From the NCBI GenBank assembly GCA_900319195.1, contig ONNL01000123.1, forward strand, positions 1 to 34,188: DNA of 34,188 nucleotides, written 5' to 3'. Numbering within the stretch: the stretch's first letter is position 1; each line of letters opens with the position of its first letter. Shown in pieces: positions 17,421 to 25,329 of this stretch. Position numbers and translations under genes: made by a program. The stretch is from an uncultured Ruminococcus sp. Lineage in GTDB: Bacteria > Bacillota > Clostridia > Oscillospirales > Ruminococcaceae. The notes beneath the pieces were generated by a model. That model worked only from the letters and a program-made list of their open reading frames with translations. It had not been told where the DNA came from and did no database searches.

Positions 17421-18629
17421 TTGAAACAAAAAAGAATAGGAGCGGCAGTCCTCGCAGTGCTTATGTTCAGCCTTTGCGGCTGTCAGAAAACATCATCTGT
17501 CGAGAAGAGCTCCGAAAAGGAAAAGACAACGACAACATCAGCAGAAACAACAACAGATACTCAGTCCACAGAAGCGGCTGAAAACGGCTCCGACACGGAG
17601 ACTTCTCCCTCGTCGTCTACAGCATGGTTCCAGAAGGGCGTTTACGAGGTAAGACACAACGGCGCAACGGAGGAATACTACATTTTCCACAGCGAGACAA
17701 GCGGAAGAACATCTGATACCGAGCTCGGAATTGGTGTTCCGTTCAACGCAGAGCAGTCCGAGAACAGCGTTATGTTCCACATGGCATCTGTCGATGATGA
17801 TTCCGAGATGATGATGTCACGCGACGAAAGCGGCAACGCCGTCGGCACAATGAACGGCGATACATACACATTTATTTTCCACCCCGAGCTTGACCCCGAT
17901 ACATTCGCTATCAGCGGAGATATTATCGACCAGTACGCAGGCACATATTCCGACCCCAATTTTGGCATATGTGTAATGGATATTACAAACACAGGGGACG
18001 GTATGTACAGCGTACACATCCACCAGTCCTACAGCAACATGACAAAGGCTATCGACTGGGATTTCACGGGAGAGGTTGACGGCAGACAGGTGCTCAGCTA
18101 TTCTGACTGCGTGAGAGTGAACTCCACCGAGCTTGAAAGCGGCGGTTACGACTCCACAACTGCATATCAGGGCGGCACAGGCTATATCCAGTTCACCGAG
18201 AATGACGGGATCGTCGGCATAACTTGGTCGGACGACCAGGACGACGCAGGCAGGGATATGTACTTTACAATGGGCGACCCCTCATATTCTGACGGCTCAG
18301 GCGCTCCCGAGCAAATATTCGGTACCTACTACGACGAGAGCGATGAGGGCATGGTGAGTGTCGCAGTCTCAGAAAATGCCGATTCTACCATTCATATCAC
18401 AGTTGGATATGTTGACGGGGGACAGCTCTCCCATACAAGCGCGGCGACCTACGACGGTTATTACTCGGACAACATCTATTTCACGTCAAACGACGGCTGG
18501 ACTACCAACAATTACGAGCTGACCTTCTTCGAGGACAGTATCCGCGTTGTTGCGACAGTTTCAGAAGGTGCTGACGACGTGATGTGGCATATTCCCGACT
18601 ACGATAAGGTGCTGTGCAAAGGAGAGTAA
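17421..18629 (+). CDS. Acidic multi-domain lipoprotein of unknown function
   Basis: Lipobox LCG-C, Ser/Thr linker, about three beta-rich modules each starting G(V/T)Y; TTG start after GAGGTG. Confidence 0.85.
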   Translation: MKQKRIGAAVLAVLMFSLCGCQKTSSVEKSSEKEKTTTTSAETTTDTQSTEAAENGSDTETSPSSSTAWFQKGVYEVRHNGATEEYYIFHSETSGRTSDTELGIGVPFNAEQSENSVMFHMASVDDDSEMMMSRDESGNAVGTMNGDTYTFIFHPELDPDTFAISGDIIDQYAGTYSDPNFGICVMDITNTGDGMYSVHIHQSYSNMTKAIDWDFTGEVDGRQVLSYSDCVRVNSTELESGGYDSTTAYQGGTGYIQFTENDGIVGITWSDDQDDAGRDMYFTMGDPSYSDGSGAPEQIFGTYYDESDEGMVSVAVSENADSTIHITVGYVDGGQLSHTSAATYDGYYSDNIYFTSNDGWTTNNYELTFFEDSIRVVATVSEGADDVMWHIPDYDKVLCKGE

Positions 18630-18675
18630 CGGGACGTGTCGGTATAGAACGTCATATATAGATTTGTATGAAATT

Positions 18676-18710
18676 ATCGGGGAGGCTCTCTGGAACGAGG
18701 CTTCCCCGAT
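18676..18710. repeat. Dispersed palindrome copy 2 (probable terminator)
   Basis: ATCGGGGAGGCTCTC-N6-GAGGCTTCCCCGAT. Confidence 0.75.
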
Positions 18711-18734
18711 TTTCTGTCTTGGAGGCTTTGCTTC

Positions 18735-18809
18735 AAATTTTTAAGGGATATAGCGCTTTGGAGTCTTTTAAGACCGCAAGTTTTTTAGCGCTATATCCCT
18801 TAAAAATTT
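18735..18809. repeat. Perfect 23-bp inverted repeat with a 29-nt spacer
   Basis: AAATTTTTAAGGGATATAGCGCT / AGCGCTATATCCCTTAAAAATTT. Confidence 0.85.
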
Positions 18810-18853
18810 CAAACTAAAGTTTTTGAAAGAGGGTACGGGGTGCTGTTGGCACA

Positions 18854-18921
18854 AAGCTTTCCTCTACGCTGCTAAAGCAGCTATGCCCCGATAGTAGTCT
18901 ATCGGGGCATAGAGGAAGCTT
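18854..18921. repeat. Nested palindromic element (14-bp perfect IR plus small hairpin within outer arms)
   Basis: CTATGCCCCGATAG-TAGT-CTATCGGGGCATAG; GCTGC-TAAA-GCAGC; outer AAGCTTTCCTCTA/TAGAGGAAGCTT. Confidence 0.75.
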
Positions 18922-18975
18922 AACAAAGTTTTCCCCCGAAAAATTCTCATCAAATCTTTTGTTCAGACGCTCTTG

Positions 18976-19317
18976 TCAGAGGCAAAGCTCTTCAAGCTCT
19001 TTGCGTTTTGTCTCAATTTCCGTTATAAGCAATTCGGTATCCTGCATATCGCCGCCGCGGAGCTTTTCTGTGAGTGTGAGGACAGGCTCATAGAGCGGCT
19101 TTAGGGAGAGATTCCCGAGAGCGCCCTTCAGACCGTGAGCCGCCTGAAATGCGGCTTCGCAGTCGCCTGCCGAAACAGCGTCATACAGAGCGGCAAACGT
19201 CTTATTCTGTGGGATAGTCCCAACGAGTCGGAGATAGAGCGATTCCTTTCCCGCACATCTTGCTATGCCCTCAGCGGTATCCGCTCCGAAGTCCTTGAGC
19301 TTATCAATTGTTACCAT
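18976..19317 (-). CDS. Hpt (histidine phosphotransfer) protein
   Basis: AAHGLKGALGNL motif; ATG at 19317 after AAGGAG, overlapping the end of the upstream gene. Confidence 0.92.
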   Translation of the reverse strand: MVTIDKLKDFGADTAEGIARCAGKESLYLRLVGTIPQNKTFAALYDAVSAGDCEAAFQAAHGLKGALGNLSLKPLYEPVLTLTEKLRGGDMQDTELLITEIETKRKELEELCL

Positions 19318-21010
19318 TCTCAGCAAGCTCCTTTCTTATATATTCGACGAACTGCTCGGCGGGGACAGGCTTTGCAAAGTAATAGCCCTGAATTATCTCA
19401 TATCCCATATCCTTGAGCATGAGGTACTGGTCCTCTGTCTCAACGCCCTCTGCAACGAGCGGCACCTCGAGAAGCCGTCCTATATCCGAGACAATGTTCA
19501 CCATTTTGAGCATTTTCTCGTTTTTGTACATTTCCTTTACAAAGAGCATATCGAGCTTCAATATGTCAAACGGCAGGGTCGCAATGGAATTGAGCGAGGA
19601 ATAGCCGCTTCCGAAGTCGTCGATCTCTATCTTGAAGCCCTTTTCCCTGAGAGCGTTTATGCTCCTGAGATTCTGCTTGTTATCGCCGTTATATGCGGAC
19701 TCGGTTATCTCGAGCAGCAGGTTTTTCGGGTCGATGCCGTTTTCCGAGGCGCAGTCCGCAATGACCTCGGGCAGCTCGGGGTCAAGCAGGTCGATACGCG
19801 AGATATTTACCGAAACAGAGAGGTCTATGCCGTACTCCTTTCGCCATGCGCTGAGCTGCTCGGCAGATTTTTTCCACACGAAGCGGTCGAGGAACCTGAT
19901 AAGTCCGTTTTCCTCAAACAGCGGAATGAACACTCCCGGGGAGATGAAGCCTGCGTCGGGGTGAGTCCAGCGTACGAGAGCCTCGGCACTGACAAGGCGC
20001 GGTCTTTCGCCGCTTATGTTGTATTTCGGCTGATAGTAGACGGTGAACTGCTCCTCCTTTATCGCCCTGAACATATCATGCGCGAGCTTTTCGCGGAATA
20101 GCGAGAACTGCTCCGCCTCGCTGTCGTAGACCTTCGTGCTGTCCTTGTTCGAGTTACGGAGACTGTCGCAGACAGTCTTTGCGCGGTCGATACGCACATT
20201 TACGGATTCGTTCTTGTCCGTGACGGGATAGAAGCCTATACGCAGGCGGAGATTATTTATCCCGTTCGTATCGCGCATTCGCTGATATATGAGCGAGAGC
20301 AGGGCATTCGGGTCGTCAATATGCTCGATGTAGCAGACAAAGTAATCGGATTGCAGTCTGCCGACGATACCGTTGTAATGCCTTACGATATTTTTGAGCG
20401 CGTCCGCAAGAGCCTTCAATACGCGGTCGCCCTCGTCCCTGCCGTAGAGCTCGTTGTATATGTGGAATTTCTCGATGTTGATAACGACGGTATCTGTCAG
20501 GGTATCGGCAGAATAGCTGTCCATTTTCAGGCAATATTCCGCGAACATATTACTGCTGTATACCCCCGTAAGAATATCCCTCTCATAGCGCTTGATTATC
20601 TGCTTGTCCTCGGAAAGCTCTATCGAGCGGTCAACTCTTGCAATGACTATCTCGGGCATATCGAGCGGCTTATTGAGAAAATCGGCAGCTCCCATGTGGA
20701 GACTCTTGAGCTCATAGCTCTTTTCTGAGGTCAGCACGATAACGGGGATTCGCTTGTGCTCCTCATTCTGCTTCAGCTTTTCAAGGAATTCAAAGCCGTT
20801 CATATTCGGCATATTTATATCAAGGAGTATGAGTGATATAGGCTTCACGGACTTGTCAAGGAGCTCGAAAGCCTCCTCAGCGCTCTCTGCCTTTAAAACG
20901 TCATACTTCTCAGAGAGTATGCCCTCAAGTATTTCGCGGTTGACAATCTCGTCATCAACAGCCATGACAAGCTTTCTTATGTTGCTTATAACATTTTTGT
21001 TCTGTTCCAT
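19304..21010 (-). CDS. Response regulator REC-GGDEF(degenerate)-EAL phosphodiesterase
   Basis: REC VDDE/LLDINMP/NKP; QSDYF in place of GGDEF; AEALVRW, EITES, DDFGSGYSS. Confidence 0.94.
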   Translation of the reverse strand: MEQNKNVISNIRKLVMAVDDEIVNREILEGILSEKYDVLKAESAEEAFELLDKSVKPISLILLDINMPNMNGFEFLEKLKQNEEHKRIPVIVLTSEKSYELKSLHMGAADFLNKPLDMPEIVIARVDRSIELSEDKQIIKRYERDILTGVYSSNMFAEYCLKMDSYSADTLTDTVVINIEKFHIYNELYGRDEGDRVLKALADALKNIVRHYNGIVGRLQSDYFVCYIEHIDDPNALLSLIYQRMRDTNGINNLRLRIGFYPVTDKNESVNVRIDRAKTVCDSLRNSNKDSTKVYDSEAEQFSLFREKLAHDMFRAIKEEQFTVYYQPKYNISGERPRLVSAEALVRWTHPDAGFISPGVFIPLFEENGLIRFLDRFVWKKSAEQLSAWRKEYGIDLSVSVNISRIDLLDPELPEVIADCASENGIDPKNLLLEITESAYNGDNKQNLRSINALREKGFKIEIDDFGSGYSSLNSIATLPFDILKLDMLFVKEMYKNEKMLKMVNIVSDIGRLLEVPLVAEGVETEDQYLMLKDMGYEIIQGYYFAKPVPAEQFVEYIRKELAENGNN

Positions 21011-21022
21011 TTCGATTCCCCC

Positions 21023-23665
21023 TTATGTCAGATATTTTTCAAGCGTTCTGAACAGCAGTACCTCATCTATAGGCTTTGCGAGGTGAGCGTTCATTCCCGA
21101 CTGAATGCATTTTTTGATGTCCTCCTCAAAGGCGTCCGCGGTCATTGCTATTATCGGTATCGTGCCTGCATCCTCACGGTCGAGAGCTCTTATCGCCTCA
21201 GCCGCCTCAAAGCCGTTCATATTCGGCATTCTGAGGTCCATGAGTATGCAGTCGTAGTAGCCGGCCTCGGAATCGGAGAATCTCTGTACAGCTACTCTTC
21301 CGTCCTCAGCCACCTCGGAGATGATACCCTTTTCTTCGAGGATAGCTCGCGCAATTTCGGCATTTATCTCGTAGTCCTCAGCAATGAGTATGCGCCTGCC
21401 TGCAAGACCGTCCGCAGTGTGAGCCTTTTCCGTTTCGTGTGCGGAGCTGTCCGCGTCCTTATCGGTATCAGTGAAAAACGGGAGCAGACCGTGATAGAGC
21501 GTGGACTTGAAGATAGGCTTTCCGATGAAGCCGTCAATGCCGCTCTCACGCGCTCTTTCCGCAACGTCGTTCCAGTCGTAAGCCGATATCAGAACTATCG
21601 GAGCTTCGGGAGCAGCAAGCTTCTTTATCCTACGTGCAGTTTCAATGCCGTCGATTCCCGTGAGACGAAGGTCAACGAGGAATAGCCCGTAGTCATTTTC
21701 CTTTGCAAGCTCTTCCGCACGGTAGCCGTCAAGACACCAATCCGCCTTGATCCCGAGCTCCTCGAGGAACCTTGTCACCGTCGTGCATATATCGGTGTTG
21801 TCGTCGATGACAAGCGCATTTGCCGCAGGGAGCTTCATGTCGCACTCGTCGGTCTCCGAGCGCTCAAGGTCGAGTATGACGTGGAAGGTCGTACCCTGTC
21901 CCTGTACGGAATCTACCTTTATTTCGCCATTCATAGCCTGAATGATGTAGTTCGTGATAGCAAGACCGAGTCCCGAGCCCTCTGCCTTGTGGACACGCTT
22001 GTTATCCTCACGCTCGAATGCGGTGAACAGCTTTTCCTTGAATTCATCACTCATGCCGATACCCGTATCGCTGACAATAAAGTGGGTGCGGACGTTCTTT
22101 TTGCTGTCGGACGGCTCCTGATAGAGCCTGAGTGTTATCCGTCCGCCCTCCTGCGTGAATTTTACGGCATTTCCGAGCAGATTTATGAGTATCTGATTTA
22201 TGCGGACACCGTCGCAGAAAACATTTTCAGAGAGGATATTGTCTATCAGTATGTCAAAGCTCTGGTGCTTGCGGAGCGTCTGCGGTCGTATTATGCTGAG
22301 CATGGTCTGCATTGTCTCCCTGAGAGAGACGAGCTCTGTGCGGATAGTCATTTTTCCGCTTTCAATCTTGGACATATCGAGGATATCGTTGATGAGTCCG
22401 AGGAGCTGTTTTCCCGAATTTTCGATAGTTGTAAGGCAGTGCTGGACCTGCTTTTTGTCGTCGATGCTGTTCTTTGCGATTGAGGTCATTCCGATGATAG
22501 CGTTCATAGGTGTGCGGATATCGTGCGACATATTGGAGAGGAATTCGCTCTTTGCGCGGTTGGCATTTTCAGCCTGTGTGCGAGCGCTTTCCGCGGCAAG
22601 ACGCGATTTTTCAGCCTGTGTCCTTGCGCTCTCCGCGGCGAGTATAGCCTTTTGGAGCTGCTGCGTATTCTTTTTCATGCGATTGAGGTAGGTCACGAAT
22701 ATCATCACCGACATGAGAAGTATCACGAGCATGGCGCACGATATGGAGATAGTCCTCGCGCGTGACATATTGCGTATCGCCTCATCAAGTCTGCCGTAGG
22801 GCATTATGGTAACAAGCGACCACGAGCTGTTAGGGAGCGGTGTTACGCATACCGAGCGGTTTTCGTCCACATTCAGAGCCCTGTCGGTGTACCGCACCTT
22901 CATGGTAAAGCGTTCTCTTTTTGCGATAGCCGCTTTCAGCTTGTCCACGGCTTCTGAGGCACTCATGTTGTCGGGTGAAGCGTGGAGCAGTATCTTCTCG
23001 AAGTATGTAGCCTCCGTATTTTCGACGCTTGAGATAAAGTAGGTACCGTCAGCATTGATAAACGAGGAATACACGAGACTGTTTGGGTTTTGGAGGTCAA
23101 GGTAGTTGAGGAATGAGATGAAGTCCTTGCAGAAGATACAGCCGATACTGGTATTGCCGTTATCCATTTTCACCTCAAGCGGAAGTCCGTATGTCACCAT
23201 GACATCGTCCTTGACGTTTGACGTAGCCGATATCATGGTATCGCCTGCAAGCACGCCTTTTTTGAAATCGTCCTCGTTGTCGATAGTGCCTTTTTTCAAG
23301 TCATGACCGTGCTTTGAGAATATCTCCTGAATGTTCCCGTCGCTGTCATAAAGACCGATAAAGACAAAGCCCGACGGCTCACCGAGTCTCAGCAGCTCGG
23401 GCTGCTTTCGGCTCTCGGAGACCTCATTTACCGAGTCAACGATAGCCTGTGCTTCTTCGGTACGTATCCGGGTAATGGTCATGTAGTGGCTCGTTATCTG
23501 GTCTGCCATGCCCTTTACATAGGTATATCCGACCTCTTTGGTGTCCTTGTTGTTGGAATGGGAAATATACAGACCCAGTATGACAAATGTTGTGATTATA
23601 ACTAAAAGTGACAGCGTTGTCCCGAGCAGTAAATGTTTTTTGAGCTGTTTCTGCCTTGCCTCCAT
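21023..23665 (-). CDS. Hybrid sensor histidine kinase (2 TM, Cache-like sensor, HisKA, HATPase, two receiver domains)
   Basis: SHDIRTPMN, NLLGNAVKFT, DTGIGM, GSGLGL; REC1 DD/VDL/GKP and REC2 ED/MDLRMP/AKP. Confidence 0.96.
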   Translation of the reverse strand: MEARQKQLKKHLLLGTTLSLLVIITTFVILGLYISHSNNKDTKEVGYTYVKGMADQITSHYMTITRIRTEEAQAIVDSVNEVSESRKQPELLRLGEPSGFVFIGLYDSDGNIQEIFSKHGHDLKKGTIDNEDDFKKGVLAGDTMISATSNVKDDVMVTYGLPLEVKMDNGNTSIGCIFCKDFISFLNYLDLQNPNSLVYSSFINADGTYFISSVENTEATYFEKILLHASPDNMSASEAVDKLKAAIAKRERFTMKVRYTDRALNVDENRSVCVTPLPNSSWSLVTIMPYGRLDEAIRNMSRARTISISCAMLVILLMSVMIFVTYLNRMKKNTQQLQKAILAAESARTQAEKSRLAAESARTQAENANRAKSEFLSNMSHDIRTPMNAIIGMTSIAKNSIDDKKQVQHCLTTIENSGKQLLGLINDILDMSKIESGKMTIRTELVSLRETMQTMLSIIRPQTLRKHQSFDILIDNILSENVFCDGVRINQILINLLGNAVKFTQEGGRITLRLYQEPSDSKKNVRTHFIVSDTGIGMSDEFKEKLFTAFEREDNKRVHKAEGSGLGLAITNYIIQAMNGEIKVDSVQGQGTTFHVILDLERSETDECDMKLPAANALVIDDNTDICTTVTRFLEELGIKADWCLDGYRAEELAKENDYGLFLVDLRLTGIDGIETARRIKKLAAPEAPIVLISAYDWNDVAERARESGIDGFIGKPIFKSTLYHGLLPFFTDTDKDADSSAHETEKAHTADGLAGRRILIAEDYEINAEIARAILEEKGIISEVAEDGRVAVQRFSDSEAGYYDCILMDLRMPNMNGFEAAEAIRALDREDAGTIPIIAMTADAFEEDIKKCIQSGMNAHLAKPIDEVLLFRTLEKYLT

Positions 23666-23749
23666 ATTGATCCCCCTTTTTGAAATCCATTACATCATTA
23701 GTGTTAATACTACATAGCAAGCCTCAGATCATTCTTTATGTTGGCTATA

Positions 23750-23791
23750 ATTATACCACAGTTTCACCAAAAAACAAGTACAATATGTAAA
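23750..23791 (-). promoter_or_regulatory. Extended -10 promoter of the phosphorelay operon with a candidate operator
   Basis: Minus strand TTTACA-TAT-TGTAC-TTGTTT-16 nt-TATAAT with TG extension. Confidence 0.6.
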
Positions 23792-23825
23792 CAAATCGTT
23801 CTTTTTGAAGAAAAATGCAAAAAAA

Positions 23826-23856
23826 GGGAAGTCTCCTTTGCAGAGACCTCCCCGAT
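23826..23856. repeat. Dispersed palindrome copy 3 (terminator of the spo0A-flavin reductase unit)
   Basis: Minus strand ATCGGGGAGGTCTC-N7-GAGACTTCCC followed by a T-run. Confidence 0.75.
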
Positions 23857-23893
23857 AAACATTCATTTAATTGCCTTGTTGATGCTATGTGCC

Positions 23894-24400
23894 TTATTCC
23901 TTTATGTATGCCGCAGCTATCTCCGCTATGAAAGCTCTGTGATATGCGTCAGCGCCGTAGCACTGCTGATGTATCTCCTTGTCAATGAAGCCCTTCTCCT
24001 CCATATCGTAGGTATAGAGCTTTTTGCAGACGAGTACGAGCTCAGCCTGTGCAAAGGTAACTGTACCGTCTATCTCGGCGGGGACAAGTCCTGTTTCCTT
24101 TGCCTTGTCAACGTCCCTGCCTGAATGTGCGCCGCAGTATGCAAGAGCGCTTCTCATATCCTCACCGAAGAACGAAGCCGTAAAGGTGTCGTTATCCTCG
24201 ACAAATCCGAGGGTATGGCGCGATGTCCTGATATAGCAGGTGAGAACATTCTTGTTCCAGAGCACACCGAGCTGACCCCATGAAGCTGTCATGGTGTTCC
24301 ATTTTTCTGCATTGCCTGCCGTGAGAAGCATCCACTGCTTGCCTATCTTCTCAAAGGGACTGAACCTCTGCTCCGCAAAATTTACCTTTTTGAATGACAT
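23894..24400 (-). CDS. Flavin reductase-like FMN-binding (flavoredoxin-type) protein
   Basis: NTMTASWG, R..R.T, CG..SGRD.DK motifs. Confidence 0.92.
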   Translation of the reverse strand: MSFKKVNFAEQRFSPFEKIGKQWMLLTAGNAEKWNTMTASWGQLGVLWNKNVLTCYIRTSRHTLGFVEDNDTFTASFFGEDMRSALAYCGAHSGRDVDKAKETGLVPAEIDGTVTFAQAELVLVCKKLYTYDMEEKGFIDKEIHQQCYGADAYHRAFIAEIAAAYIKE

Positions 24401-24432
24401 ATGTATTCCTCCTCCGCGGAGCTCTGCCCCGC

Positions 24433-25194
24433 TTATGCTGATATTTTTTCAAGCTCCAACTTGTATCTCAGGCGGAGCTTATCTGTTATGAGTGCAATAA
24501 ATTCGGAATTTGTCGGCTTGCCCTTGCACGTATCGACCGTATAGCCGAAAAATGCGTTGAGCGTATCGACATTTCCTCTGTTCCACGCTATCTCTATCGC
24601 ATGGCGGATAGCTCGCTCCACACGCGATGAGGTGGTATTATATATCCCTGCAACTGTCGGATAAAGCAGCTTTGTGACGCTCTCAAGCAGGCTCTTGTCC
24701 CTTACGGAATAGAGGATAGCCGTCCTGAGATAGTGATAGCCCTTTATATGCGCAGGAACACCGAGCTGGTGGATTATGTCCGTTATGACGACCTCCATGT
24801 CGTCGCTGAAGCTGTCCGCTCTGTCACCGAGAGATGATACAACTGCATTGTAAAGGTCATCAGCTTCATATGGTCTGAGGAGCATTTTTGAAGCGCCGTT
24901 ATCCATTACCTGTCTCTCGATGAACTCGTTGTCATATGCCGATGTTATGATGAATGCAGGCACCTTCACTCCCATTTCGCGCACCTTTTTCATCATCGTT
25001 ACAACGTCGCCGTTCTGCACATTGATGTCCACGACAACTGCGTCGGGCGATTCCTTCTTTATCGAATCAATTATGACATTGCAGTCCTTGCGGCGAGTAT
25101 ATGCGTACATTCCTCTCTCACGAAGCTTATTGGCTGTGCTTATGCCTGTCTCCGCCGTGTCGTCACCGATAAGTACCTTTATCTTGTTGTTCAT
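24433..25194 (-). CDS. spo0A: Sporulation master regulator Spo0A
   Basis: [41 protein letters not shown]; N-terminal receiver; ATG at 25194 after GGAGG. Confidence 0.96.
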   Translation of the reverse strand: MNNKIKVLIGDDTAETGISTANKLRERGMYAYTRRKDCNVIIDSIKKESPDAVVVDINVQNGDVVTMMKKVREMGVKVPAFIITSAYDNEFIERQVMDNGASKMLLRPYEADDLYNAVVSSLGDRADSFSDDMEVVITDIIHQLGVPAHIKGYHYLRTAILYSVRDKSLLESVTKLLYPTVAGIYNTTSSRVERAIRHAIEIAWNRGNVDTLNAFFGYTVDTCKGKPTNSEFIALITDKLRLRYKLELEKISA

Positions 25195-25329
25195 TTTTAT
25201 TCCTCCGTTATCATTTACTTCTGTGTTCATCACACTGCTATAATATGATAACACACCACACCCGCGAGGTGCAACGGAGAATAATGGAACTTTTCGGAGA
25301 TTACGCTCGGGAAAACTCCAAAAAAGTAG

